A stretch of DNA of 38,916 nucleotides. Origin: a virus. The notes under the pieces were generated by a model. The model saw only the letters and a program-made list of their open reading frames with translations, did no database searches and was not told the origin of the DNA. The stretch lies in IMG/VR virus record IMGVR_UViG_3300045988_128868, positions 1 through 38,916 of that record; one strand, given 5' to 3'. A program made the translations under genes and the position numbers. This document shows, piece after piece, positions 24,859 through 34,287 of the stretch; the stretch's first letter is position 1, and every line of letters starts with the position of its first letter.

Positions 24859-25228
24859 TATCGAACAGGTGACTTATGATGTGCTTTCACTCGCTGTACC
24901 GGGCGTGAAATGGTCTGCGGAATATCCGCAGAGTTTTGAACGGCACGGTTTGATAAAGCAGATGGATAACTCCGTTAAAATGCCATCCTCTTCGCGTCCG
25001 GACCATTTTTCCCGGATCGCCGTGCAGATCCAGGTGTGGATGGCGACGCCGGAGGGCAGAAACGAGGTCGAGAGACAAGTTGACGATGCAATGCTCCGCC
25101 TCGGTCTGCTTCGCGGCAGTCCTAACCACCTTGAGGACGAACAGCAGGACGGTACGGTGTTATACCGCACCGTCCTGCTTTATAACGGAGTCTACGACAA
25201 CAACACGAAGCGGTTTTACCGCAGTTAA
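24851..25228 (+). CDS. Tail completion/terminator-like protein
   Basis: 125 aa. Assigned by synteny only. Confidence 0.45.
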   Translation: MVDIEQVTYDVLSLAVPGVKWSAEYPQSFERHGLIKQMDNSVKMPSSSRPDHFSRIAVQIQVWMATPEGRNEVERQVDDAMLRLGLLRGSPNHLEDEQQDGTVLYRTVLLYNGVYDNNTKRFYRS

Positions 25229-25245
25229 TAAGGAGGTAAGTACAA

Positions 25246-25665
25246 ATGGAAGATTATCAGACTTCTATAGGCGTGATTCTGAAAATGGGCGCGAGCGCAG
25301 AAGCGGCATCTGAAGTTCCCGGTCTGCTTGATTTTCCCGATATGCTCGGCGAATCGGACAAAATCGACGTGACCACGATGAAGGACACGCAGAGAAAGTA
25401 TAAGCCCGGGCTTTCCGACCCCGGGGATATGGCGTTTACTTTCGGCTATGAGGGTATGAAGACCGGCACGAACTGGGCGACCCTCAAGGGAGCTAAGGAT
25501 GCAGACAAGACCTTTATTCTGCTGTTCCCGGACGGTTCCGGTTTCACATGGACAGGCAGAGTGTCACTTTCGATGCCCGGAAAGGGCGTCGCAGAGGCGC
25601 TGACCTTTACTGCAAAAATCACTCCATCGTCGGATATAGAGGAATATACCTCGTCCGGCGGCTAA
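25246..25665 (+). CDS. Major tail (tube) protein, phi13-like
   Basis: 139 aa with an AAGGAGG RBS. The pattern DVTTMKDTQRKYKPGLSDPGDMAFTFGY is visible. It precedes the chaperone and TMP genes. Confidence 0.7.
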   Translation: MEDYQTSIGVILKMGASAEAASEVPGLLDFPDMLGESDKIDVTTMKDTQRKYKPGLSDPGDMAFTFGYEGMKTGTNWATLKGAKDADKTFILLFPDGSGFTWTGRVSLSMPGKGVAEALTFTAKITPSSDIEEYTSSGG

Positions 25666-25721
25666 AGAACACATCGGCGGGGGAAACTCCGCCGAAAATT
25701 TAAAATAAGGAGACAACAACT

Positions 25722-26087
25722 ATGCTTACTGCGTGTAATGCACCTTTTTATAGATTGACCGCCGGCGAGAAGGAGTACAAGCTCAAGCTCACGACGGCGA
25801 CAAAAATCGAAGTGGAAGACCGTATAGGCTGCAGCCTGCTTGAAGCTCTTGACAAGCTGGCATACACCAAGGTCTTTGCAGTGACCCTCTGGGGCGCGCT
25901 GCAGAAATACCAGGCGAATATGACGCTCCCCAAGACATATGAGCTCATCGATGCGCTTGAAGCCGAGGGCTTTACCCTCGAGGACAGAGCGGACACATTC
26001 CTCGGCATTATGAAGGTGTCCGGTTTTTTTACACCGGAACAGATAGCGGACATGGAGCGGGAGGACGAGGAGCAGGAGATAGAGTAA
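25722..26087 (+). CDS. Tail assembly chaperone (gpG-like)
   Basis: 121 aa with an acidic C-terminus. It lies upstream of the TMP gene and contains the slippery site. Confidence 0.75.
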   Translation: MLTACNAPFYRLTAGEKEYKLKLTTATKIEVEDRIGCSLLEALDKLAYTKVFAVTLWGALQKYQANMTLPKTYELIDALEAEGFTLEDRADTFLGIMKVSGFFTPEQIADMEREDEEQEIE

Positions 26088-26437
26088 TCTTCTCCTCGGC
26101 GACCGAGTGGGTCGCGGATCTCAAACCTCGCGCTTTTGCGGTCGGGATAACCCCGGACGAATTCTGGAGCATGTCGGCCGGAGAGGTTGAGGACCTTATA
26201 TCCGCAAGGCAAAAGGCAGAAAATGAGCGGCGCAAATGGCAGTTACAGCTGATATGGAATCTCGGGCAGCTTGATTCTTTCGCGTTTAACGACCCGAAAA
26301 AATATCCTACGCTTGAAAAGGCGTTCCCGTCAGCTTTCGGCATGCAGCAAACCGGGTGGATGGTAATCAAAGCTCGGATGTCCGCTTATGCCAAATCAAA
26401 AAACGCCGCAAGGCACAGGGCAGGTGAGAAAAAATGA
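25722..26437 (+). CDS. Tail assembly chaperone -1 frameshift product (gpGT-like)
   Basis: The -1 frame is open from before 25982 through 26437. The slip at T_TTT_TTT (26024-26030) joins ...KVSGFF to YTGTDSG... . It ends in an ATGA overlap with the TMP start. Confidence 0.65.
26024..26030 (+). promoter_or_regulatory. Programmed -1 ribosomal frameshift slippery heptamer T_TTT_TTT
   Basis: In the zero frame the codons read GGT TTT TTT ACA, which matches X_XXY_YYZ. Confidence 0.65.
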
Positions 26438-29202
26438 CAGTTGAAGAACTGCAAGTGCTGATTACAGCAAACACCAAGGACTTTAACGCCAAGATTGATA
26501 AGGCGAACAAGAGGCTGGGATCGCTCGAACAGCAGGCAACGCGCACGGGAGCGGGTGTCGGAAAGCTTTTTACAGGCTTAAAAACGGCCGCTGCCGTTGC
26601 GGCTATACAAAAAGTAGTGAGCGAAGTCAAGAAGCTGACGGACGCATATGCGGAAAACGAAGCCGCGCAGATGGGCTTGTCGAGCATATTGACCGCGCAG
26701 GGAAAAGACCTGAACGCCGCGAAAGCGTGGCTTAAATCGTATACCAAAGACGGCCTTATCCCGATGATGGACGCTTACACCGCGTATAAGAGACTCGCGG
26801 CGGCAGGGTATTCCGACGAGCAGACACAGTCCATACTGACCAACCTGAAAGACTCGGCGGCATTTAACCGTCAGGGCAGTATGACGATGGGCGAAGCCAT
26901 CAAGAGCGCAGCCGAAGGTATCAAAAACGAAAACAGCATTCTTGTCGACAACGCCGGCGTTACAAAAAACCTGTCCGTTATATGGGACGAATACGCGGCA
27001 TCGATAGGCAAGACTGCAGCAACGCTGACCGACGCAGAAAAGCGCATAGCCACGACACAAGGCATCATGCGGGAGACGGCATTCCAGACCGGGGATGCTG
27101 CGAAATATTCGAACACCCTCGCAGGAGCGCAGGCTGCTTTGAAAGCTCAGACAAAAATGTTGTCAAGTGCGCTCGGGTCGATGTTTGCGCCGGCTTTGCA
27201 GCAGTGTATTCCGCAGGTCACGGCGTTGCTTGAAAGATTGACCGCTCTCGCCGAAAAAACCGGGCAAGTTATGGCTATATTGTTCGGCACGTCGAGTGCA
27301 ACGAGCCGGACATCGTCAAACACCGCCAAGCTTGCCAATAGCACACAGCAAGTGTCCACAAACCTCGGCAGTGCGGCGAAAAAGGCGAAAGATTATAAAA
27401 ACGCTTTGCTCGGCATCGATGAAATCAATCGTCTCGGAACGCCGGATACCGGATCTGATAGCGGCAGCGGCGGCGGAAGCAGCACAACGGTATCAAGCGG
27501 GGGGAACAATTTTAAGAGCCCATTTTCCGACGCCGACAGCGTTATTGACCCGAAGCTTGCAGAGCGCGCAGAGGAGCTGAAGCAGAAGCTTAAAAAGGTG
27601 AAATCCACAGTCTCGGCGCTTGAGCCGGTGATAAAGGGAGTTGCAGCCGGCGCGACCGCCGCTTTCGGCGTAAAGGTGCTGCGCAAATGGTATTCCGGCG
27701 CAAAAGGTGTGTGGAATAGCTTTAAGGGGCTGAGAGTTGTCTCTACTTTTACCGAGAGTTTTTCTTGGATAAAGGAGACTGGAGGAAGCACAGCGCAGGC
27801 GTTAGGCTATGGATGGAAGAAAGCCGCGGGTGCCGCCAAAGACAGTTTGAAGCAGTTCCGAGCGGGTTTGTCGGCAACTCAAAAAGTCATGATAGGCGCG
27901 GCAGGATTCGCGGCATCGCTGGCGATGGCAAAATCTGCTTTTAAGGCATTCGGCGCGGGCGCAGAAGACGCCAAAGCCAAACTGGCGGTTATGGCAGTAG
28001 GACTTACTGCCGTTGCAGTGGCTATGTATGCGGCGTTGGGTCCGGCCGGACTGGTCGTCGCGGCAATTGGTGCAATCACGGGAGCTATCATAGGTTTTGA
28101 ACAAGGCGCAGATGAGCTTGCAGAAAAGACCTACCAATCCTCCGATGCCTATAAGGTGTTGTCAGAAAACATCGCATCCTCTGAGGCAATCATCCAAAGA
28201 ACAAAGGAAAATATGGATGGTCTTAATCAGAAGATAGAGGGATTGAACACCGTCAGTGCGGAGTACGGTGCAGTTAAAATGCTCACCGACGAGATATATC
28301 AGCTGAGCGAAAAGTCAAATAAGTCCGCCTATGAAATGGACTTGATGCGCGTCAAGGTCGACACTCTGAATGCTATGAATATCGACGGATTGCATTTGAG
28401 TATCGACGAGACCAAAGGCGTAGTTGTGGAGACTAAGGACTCAATTTACGGGGTCATAGAGGCTTTGAAGAAACAGGCCGAAATGGCTGCAATACAAGAC
28501 ATTCTGACTGAGTCATACAAAGCCTTTTATCAAGCAACAATTGACAACAAGACGGCGACTGACAATTACAAGGTTGCGTCAGATAGGCTTGCCGAGGCAC
28601 AAAATAAGTTAAACGAAAAGGCGGCAGAACTTGACAAGAAAAATCAGGGCGTATCAGGTGGCTTTCGTGATGTCGCGAACTGGATATCGCAAAAGCTTAG
28701 TCCGGAATATCGAGCTCTTAAAAAAGAAGTCGAACATGCCGAAGACGCTTTGGAACAGTCACGCAAGGCTATTAAGAACACGTCTGCTGCAATGGATGAC
28801 GCAAGCAAAAAGACGAAGTATTATTCGGATCAGCTCGTCAAGCTTAAAAATAACATCAACAATATAAACGGTGTAAGCTGCGATGTGACAGTAAAAACCC
28901 GATCTACCGGGGCACAGCAGTATGCATCCGGCGGATATCCTGATACCGGACAACTCTTTATTGCTCGAGAGAGCGGCCCCGAGATGGTTGGACAAATCGG
29001 AGGCAGGACGGCAGTTGCCAACAACAGCCAAATTGTGGACGGTGTTTCTTCGGGTGTTGAGCGCGGTGTTGAAAGAGCTATGGAACGAAGCAATGGCGGA
29101 ACCGTAACGATTGTCGTTATGAACGAGCGCGGTGATATTGTAAACGAGCTTAGAAATGTCAACATGCGTGCCGGTAAAGTAATCATTCCGATAAACGAAT
29201 AA
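26434..29202 (+). CDS. Tail tape measure protein
   Basis: 922 aa, with a TMP core (GYSDEQTQSILTNLKDSAAF...MGEAIKSAAEGI), Gly/Ala-rich TM-like segments and long coiled coils. Confidence 0.92.
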   Translation: MTVEELQVLITANTKDFNAKIDKANKRLGSLEQQATRTGAGVGKLFTGLKTAAAVAAIQKVVSEVKKLTDAYAENEAAQMGLSSILTAQGKDLNAAKAWLKSYTKDGLIPMMDAYTAYKRLAAAGYSDEQTQSILTNLKDSAAFNRQGSMTMGEAIKSAAEGIKNENSILVDNAGVTKNLSVIWDEYAASIGKTAATLTDAEKRIATTQGIMRETAFQTGDAAKYSNTLAGAQAALKAQTKMLSSALGSMFAPALQQCIPQVTALLERLTALAEKTGQVMAILFGTSSATSRTSSNTAKLANSTQQVSTNLGSAAKKAKDYKNALLGIDEINRLGTPDTGSDSGSGGGSSTTVSSGGNNFKSPFSDADSVIDPKLAERAEELKQKLKKVKSTVSALEPVIKGVAAGATAAFGVKVLRKWYSGAKGVWNSFKGLRVVSTFTESFSWIKETGGSTAQALGYGWKKAAGAAKDSLKQFRAGLSATQKVMIGAAGFAASLAMAKSAFKAFGAGAEDAKAKLAVMAVGLTAVAVAMYAALGPAGLVVAAIGAITGAIIGFEQGADELAEKTYQSSDAYKVLSENIASSEAIIQRTKENMDGLNQKIEGLNTVSAEYGAVKMLTDEIYQLSEKSNKSAYEMDLMRVKVDTLNAMNIDGLHLSIDETKGVVVETKDSIYGVIEALKKQAEMAAIQDILTESYKAFYQATIDNKTATDNYKVASDRLAEAQNKLNEKAAELDKKNQGVSGGFRDVANWISQKLSPEYRALKKEVEHAEDALEQSRKAIKNTSAAMDDASKKTKYYSDQLVKLKNNINNINGVSCDVTVKTRSTGAQQYASGGYPDTGQLFIARESGPEMVGQIGGRTAVANNSQIVDGVSSGVERGVERAMERSNGGTVTIVVMNERGDIVNELRNVNMRAGKVIIPINE

Positions 29203-29228
29203 AAGCCCTCTCAATCGAGAGGGCTTTT
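29201..29228. terminator. Bidirectional terminator between the TMP gene and the antisense lipoprotein gene
   Basis: A 12-bp stem pairs AAAAGCCCTCTC with GAGAGGGCTTTT around a 4-nt loop. It is flanked by an A run and a T run. Confidence 0.8.
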
Positions 29229-29244
29229 CCTTTGTAATATTGCG

Positions 29245-29850
29245 TCAGTCCACTTTTTCACCAAGTGCTCTGGAAATCTGCAAATATTGTCCGTCTTGGA
29301 CAGTGATATATGCATTGTTGCTGAAGTTATCGTTAGCAACGATATTATCGCCGTAATTGTACGAACTCGACAGCACGGCGTAATAACCGTCGTTTCCCGC
29401 CTCAGTGGCAACGAGCTTGTACTCTCCGGCGGGAATATCCTTTCCAATCTTATAAACCCCTTCGAGCACGGCGGAACTGTTGAAGTGCATGTCCGGAGCT
29501 TTTTCCGAGGAACACATTTCTGCCCGTGTAATTTCTATGTATTCGCCGTCCTTGACAGTGGCATAAACCCAAGTGTCAAAGTTTTCGTTAAAAATAATCG
29601 AATCTCCGGAACTGTCGGACGACACACAGAAATATCCTGAATAATCTTTTTCTGTGGCGATTATCCAGTATTCTCCGGCGGGAATGTCTTTTCCAACCTT
29701 GTACATTCCCTCGCCGTAATGGTCATTCGGCAAATCTACTTTGCTGATATTATCTGGAGTAGTGGGGGAGTTGATGGTTGTAGAATTGCCGCATCCACAG
29801 AGCCCAATCAGCATAATACCTGCGATAAGTAAAGCAATAAATTTTTTCAT
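29245..29850 (-). CDS. Lipoprotein with two tandem ~68-aa repeat domains (moron)
   Basis: 201 aa with signal/lipobox MKKFIALLIAGIMLIGLCG|C. The repeats are YKVGKDIPAGEYWIIATE... and YKIGKDIPAGEYKLVATE... . It is the only minus-strand gene in the structural module and has its own promoter. Confidence 0.85.
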   Translation of the reverse strand: MKKFIALLIAGIMLIGLCGCGNSTTINSPTTPDNISKVDLPNDHYGEGMYKVGKDIPAGEYWIIATEKDYSGYFCVSSDSSGDSIIFNENFDTWVYATVKDGEYIEITRAEMCSSEKAPDMHFNSSAVLEGVYKIGKDIPAGEYKLVATEAGNDGYYAVLSSSYNYGDNIVANDNFSNNAYITVQDGQYLQISRALGEKVD

Positions 29851-29873
29851 CAGAATTTCTCCCTTTTCTTTTT

Positions 29874-29902
29874 AATCTATCATATTTCATTTTTTATGTC
29901 AA
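29874..29902 (-). promoter_or_regulatory. Promoter of the lipoprotein gene (TTGACA-17-TGA-TAGATT)
   Basis: The reverse complement of 29897-29902 is TTGACA and that of 29874-29879 is TAGATT, with an extended -10 TG. A GGGAG RBS follows. Confidence 0.55.
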
Positions 29903-29920
29903 GAAAGAAGGTGAACAGCA

Positions 29921-30316
29921 GTGGCAACCGCTTTTAATCCCGGCGACAATCCGATAGCTACCGTGGACGGCGTAACTATGCCGGTATATCCTGACTCGGA
30001 GGACGGATATAAATGGGAGCTTGAGGACGCTTCTGCCAGCGACGCAGGGCGTACCGAAGATGTCGTCATGCACAAAAAGCGCATAGGACAGACCGACGCG
30101 GTAACGCTTAAATTTTCCGGGTTGTCCATAGCGAACGCGAGCAAGATTCTGAAAATGTTCAATCCGGAGTATATAACGGTCAAGTACTTAAATATGCTCG
30201 AGGGCGGATATGTAACAAAAGAGTTTTATGTCGGCAACAGAAGTGCGCCGCTGTACAACAGCAGTCTGAATGTTGTTGACAATGTGACCTTTAAAATCGT
30301 GGCGCGAAAGGGGTGA
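29921..30316 (+). CDS. Small tail protein (possible distal-tail-protein role)
   Basis: 131 aa with a GTG start after GAAGGTGA. It lies between the TMP and Tal-like genes. Function is assigned by position only. Confidence 0.5.
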   Translation: MATAFNPGDNPIATVDGVTMPVYPDSEDGYKWELEDASASDAGRTEDVVMHKKRIGQTDAVTLKFSGLSIANASKILKMFNPEYITVKYLNMLEGGYVTKEFYVGNRSAPLYNSSLNVVDNVTFKIVARKG

Positions 30317-30320
30317 TGTT

Positions 30321-32516
30321 ATGTATCCAATAACTTCTGCCGGGCTTGCTGCTCTGCGAGAGGATGTGGTGCAGTCCGTCAATATCCTCTGTACGCCTAC
30401 AAAAGGCACGGCATTTAATATCACCGACAAGGACATCATCGGCGCGGTAACGGTGGACTGGTCGAGCGTCACGGGCAGTAAGCTTGATTTGGGCTCGGCG
30501 TGTATGTCAGAGCTGAGTTTTACTCTTGAGAATACCGACGGCGCGTTTGACGACAAGGTGTTCGAAGGTGCGCAGCTGTATGTCACTACAAGCTTTCCGA
30601 CGGGCTCGACAACGGAGACCGTGCCTATCGGCTATTACACGGTGGACAGCCCCCCGCGCAAGCTCAGAAGCATCAAAATAACGGCTTATGACCGCATGGC
30701 GAAGTTTAACCGAGCCTATGATACTGAGCTTGCCTATCCTGCAACGCTGTATCAGATAGTCGCCGATGCCTGCACAAAGTGCGGGGTGTCGCAGAAGCTC
30801 CCAACGAACACGCTGCATCGGGGTGTATCGATACTAAAACGCCCGGAGGCGGACAACCTGACCTATCGTCAGGTGCTTGTCTGGGCTGCGGAGCTTATGG
30901 GCGTGAGCTTGTATATCGACTATGACGGCAAGCTGACAGGCGGGTGGTATGCGACAAACGCCAAACACGCGGTTATAAAAGCTTCAGATCGTTTTACTTC
31001 CGGCAATACCAATTTTGCCGAAAATAACATCGTGTTTTCCGGTGTGCGCATCGTCGGAAACGACGAGAACAAGACAGAATACCTCGCGGGCACAAAGGAC
31101 TATGCCTTTAACATCGAGGGCAATCTTCTTGTGCAGAGCGATATGAATCTCAGCACACTGGCGACGGAACTCAAAACCGCACGGTGCAGTCTTACATACA
31201 CGCCTATGTCCTGCACTACACACTCTTTCCCGCACCTCAGACCGCTCGATGTGATGAATTTTGAGACGGCTCAGGGGACGAAAAAGGTCGTGCTGACAAA
31301 TGTCAAGTGGCAGTCACAAAACCGCTGCACGAAGCTCGAGGGCAAGGGCGAAACGGCAACGCAGTCAGGATATGCCACGATGGGTGCTTTTACACCAAAG
31401 CAGCAGGCGGTACTCGAGCAAACCCGCGCCCAACAGGCAGCGCAAATCAACGACTACGAACAGGCGACACTCGCGCTGAACGAGACCATTGCGAATAGTA
31501 TGGGCTTATATGTCACGCGGAAAGCAGACAGCAGCGGCGCGGTAATTACTTATTACCACGACAAGCCTACGCTTGAGGGAAGCAACACCATCTACTGCCG
31601 CAACGCCGGCGGTTATGCCTGGACTAATAACGGCTGGAACAACGGATCACCGAACTGGGAGTACGGTGTTTCAAAAGACGGTGACGCGGTTATCCGAAGC
31701 ATTGCCGCAAACAAGATTTCCGCGAGTTATATTACGACGGATATCCTTTCGTCGCCGACCGGGAAGTTTTCGTTTAACTTGGACACGGGTCATATCGAAG
31801 CCTCCGACATCAACATCACCGGCGGAGATATCAACCTCGACGGTGGAATGTTGTCTGTTAAAAGTTCTGACGGATATCGAGTTGATTTATCGTCAGGTTC
31901 TATCGAACTTTATCAGGGCGCGGGCAGCAATTCGGACGCTGAAAAAAAGTACATGGGCGTCGGAAACACATTGATATATAAATCCGTTGATGATGTCCTT
32001 TTGTACGCTACTTTTGCATCAGCCGATTATTCGCTTGGCGGTCATTCAAACGGAGGCTTTAGGTTCGGAAAATCGCTTAATAATGGTCGCGACTTTGACA
32101 CCACTGCAAAGCCGTATTCTGAGATGGAAAAGGCATGGACTTATGATTACATGCGCGTAGAGTATGATGCGACATATATTCGCCGATTGCTGTCTGTCAA
32201 TGAAATGGGATATCCGACCGACACAGGAGAATATCTCGCATATCGGGCTACAGGATTTAATGCGCAGCTGGTCAAATTTACTACAGACTTCGGCGCGTCG
32301 TTAGTGGCAGGAGTTCCTGCCTTTTCCGTGCGTGTGAGAGACAACACAACGCAGAGAAACGATTATGTTCGTGCTGATGTTTTCGCGGCGCAGAGCGACC
32401 GGGCGGAAGTCAGATTAAAAGACCCGAGCGGCAACGTGTACAGACTGACATTTACTCAGAGCGGCATAACATTTTGGTCAAATACAACCGGTTCGAAAAA
32501 ACTCGCTTTTGTATAA
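30321..32516 (+). CDS. Tail-associated (Tal-like) baseplate/hub protein
   Basis: 731 aa. The N-terminal region resembles phage minor structural/tail endopeptidase-type N-domains. Position is syntenic with Tal. Confidence 0.6.
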   Translation: MYPITSAGLAALREDVVQSVNILCTPTKGTAFNITDKDIIGAVTVDWSSVTGSKLDLGSACMSELSFTLENTDGAFDDKVFEGAQLYVTTSFPTGSTTETVPIGYYTVDSPPRKLRSIKITAYDRMAKFNRAYDTELAYPATLYQIVADACTKCGVSQKLPTNTLHRGVSILKRPEADNLTYRQVLVWAAELMGVSLYIDYDGKLTGGWYATNAKHAVIKASDRFTSGNTNFAENNIVFSGVRIVGNDENKTEYLAGTKDYAFNIEGNLLVQSDMNLSTLATELKTARCSLTYTPMSCTTHSFPHLRPLDVMNFETAQGTKKVVLTNVKWQSQNRCTKLEGKGETATQSGYATMGAFTPKQQAVLEQTRAQQAAQINDYEQATLALNETIANSMGLYVTRKADSSGAVITYYHDKPTLEGSNTIYCRNAGGYAWTNNGWNNGSPNWEYGVSKDGDAVIRSIAANKISASYITTDILSSPTGKFSFNLDTGHIEASDINITGGDINLDGGMLSVKSSDGYRVDLSSGSIELYQGAGSNSDAEKKYMGVGNTLIYKSVDDVLLYATFASADYSLGGHSNGGFRFGKSLNNGRDFDTTAKPYSEMEKAWTYDYMRVEYDATYIRRLLSVNEMGYPTDTGEYLAYRATGFNAQLVKFTTDFGASLVAGVPAFSVRVRDNTTQRNDYVRADVFAAQSDRAEVRLKDPSGNVYRLTFTQSGITFWSNTTGSKKLAFV

Positions 32517-32529
32517 TAAGGAGGTTTAT

Positions 32530-32763
32530 ATGACTAAAGCTCAACTTGAAAAACGGCTCGGCACAACTCGAGAGACCGCACGACAGCTCGAGCAGGAAAC
32601 AAAACAGCTGACAAGCCGTCTTGAATATGTCAGGGCGGAGCTTATTAAACAGCTTGGCAAAATCGAACTGTTGTCCGATATGCTCTCAGAGCTCGAAAAA
32701 ACGCCCACAGAGGACGAGAACGGGGAGGCGGAAAAAGATGCAGACAAGAACAATAACGGTTGA
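32530..32763 (+). CDS. Small coiled-coil protein
   Basis: 77 aa from MTKAQLEKRLG, with an AAGGAGG RBS and an acidic tail. Confidence 0.6.
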   Translation: MTKAQLEKRLGTTRETARQLEQETKQLTSRLEYVRAELIKQLGKIELLSDMLSELEKTPTEDENGEAEKDADKNNNG

Positions 32764-33379
32764 CTATGCCCGCCCGCGTGGCTACGACGTAGGCTACCGC
32801 GCCGAAAATAACTTTACCTTGCTCGCTCTGCCTATCCCGGCAGAGCTTGAGGGCGCAGACAGCTATCGTGTCTACTTTGAGTCGACGGTCGGGGAGTATT
32901 TGCAAACCGAGCTGTTGACTCCTACGGACGGCTATGTGACTGTCAAAATTACAAGCGATGTTGTGCCCGAGCCGGGGAACATGACCGCGCAGCTTGTCGC
33001 CTTTGCGGACGGCGAGAGAGTCGGCTATGCGCCAATGATAACAGGCTCTGCCAAAGTGTCTATCCCGGACGGCACGGAACGTCTGAGTCACAGTCTCGCC
33101 GCCGAAATCGCGCTTAACACCGCCGCACGGCATTCGCACGAAAACAAGCTGGTGCTTGATAAGTTTGACGACTCAAACGGCATTTTGACCTATGACGGCA
33201 AAGCCCTCGGCGGTGGCGGCGCAGGAGGTTATGCTATCGGTGACGGTTTAAAGGTGGAAAACGGCAAGCTGTCCGTCGATACCGCGACTTCTGCCGAGCA
33301 AGACAATACTAAGCCGATAACATCGGGAGCAGTCTACACGGCTGTTGGAAATATCAATGCGCTTTTAGCGACAATCTAA
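32738..33379 (+). CDS. Tail fibre protein 1
   Basis: 213 aa from MQTRTITV, with a GGGGAGG RBS, a Gly run and C-terminal TKPITSGAVYTAVGNINALLATI. The ORF-track start at 32621 lies inside the previous gene. Confidence 0.65.
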   Translation: MQTRTITVDYARPRGYDVGYRAENNFTLLALPIPAELEGADSYRVYFESTVGEYLQTELLTPTDGYVTVKITSDVVPEPGNMTAQLVAFADGERVGYAPMITGSAKVSIPDGTERLSHSLAAEIALNTAARHSHENKLVLDKFDDSNGILTYDGKALGGGGAGGYAIGDGLKVENGKLSVDTATSAEQDNTKPITSGAVYTAVGNINALLATI

Positions 33380-33391
33380 GGAGGCTAATAT

Positions 33392-34273
33392 ATGAGCACA
33401 CAGGCAGAAATCACCAGACTGCAAAACGCGAGAAATAAGATAAGGACATGGCTTGTCGGGTTGGGGCTTGCCACAAGCACGGACAAGCTTGACGAACTCG
33501 CAACTAAAGCCGCCGCTATCAAAAATCAGGGTGCGGTTGACGCGAGCGTCAAAGAGGGCGAGAGCTATACTATCCCCGCCGGATATCACAACGGCAGCGG
33601 TACAGTTAAAGGTGTCTCGGGCGGCGGCAATTACAACTTGCAGACAAAATCCGTAACGCCGACCAAAGAGCAACAGTCCATATCTCCCGACCAAGGTTAC
33701 TACGGCTTATCGGCGGTTACAGTCGGCGCAATCCCCGAAAACTATCAGGATGTTAGCGCAACAACCACCGAAGAGGGCGATGTTCGTGCCAATAAGGTAT
33801 TTATTAAGTCGGACGGCACAACTGCTACGGGTACTTTAACCGATAACGGCGCTGTGTCAAAGGTTCTCGATGCCACTAAGGGCAACCAGTCTTACACTGT
33901 CCCTGATGGCATACATAACGGCAAAGGTGCAGTGAGCATAGTGCTCGAAAACAAGACCGCCACACCTGCTAAAGCGGCGCAGGATATCACCCCGACGGCG
34001 GGCAAGGTGCTCGGCAGGGTCTCTGTGGCAGCTATCCCCGCCAAATATCAGGATGTTAGCGGCGTAACCGCTGGTGCCGAAGATGTCGTGGAAGGGAAGA
34101 AAATAGTCGCCGCCGATGGCTCGGTCGTTGAGGGTGCTATGGCGGACAACGGTACTCTGACAGGGACGATAGACGGCTTGACGACGACCAGTTACACCAT
34201 ACCCGCAGGCAAGACTTCGGGCGGCACAGTATCACTTACTAACGCAATTGAAGCAGCTCTTGCAGCGATTTAA
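33392..34273 (+). CDS. Tail fibre protein 2 with internal repeats
   Basis: 293 aa. Repeated units are ...SYT(I/V)P(A/D)G(Y/I)HNG(S/K)G(T/A)V... and ...TPT...Q.I.P..G....V.V.AIP..YQDVS... . The N-terminal helical module is shared with the next gene. Confidence 0.7.
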   Translation: MSTQAEITRLQNARNKIRTWLVGLGLATSTDKLDELATKAAAIKNQGAVDASVKEGESYTIPAGYHNGSGTVKGVSGGGNYNLQTKSVTPTKEQQSISPDQGYYGLSAVTVGAIPENYQDVSATTTEEGDVRANKVFIKSDGTTATGTLTDNGAVSKVLDATKGNQSYTVPDGIHNGKGAVSIVLENKTATPAKAAQDITPTAGKVLGRVSVAAIPAKYQDVSGVTAGAEDVVEGKKIVAADGSVVEGAMADNGTLTGTIDGLTTTSYTIPAGKTSGGTVSLTNAIEAALAAI

Positions 34274-34287
34274 GGAGGTGCTTGCAT

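Noticed and set aside
32738-34273. Diversity-generating retroelement acting on the repetitive fibre genes
   Set aside because: There is no reverse transcriptase ORF and no template/variable repeat pair at the nucleotide level. The repeats are protein-level domain repeats only.
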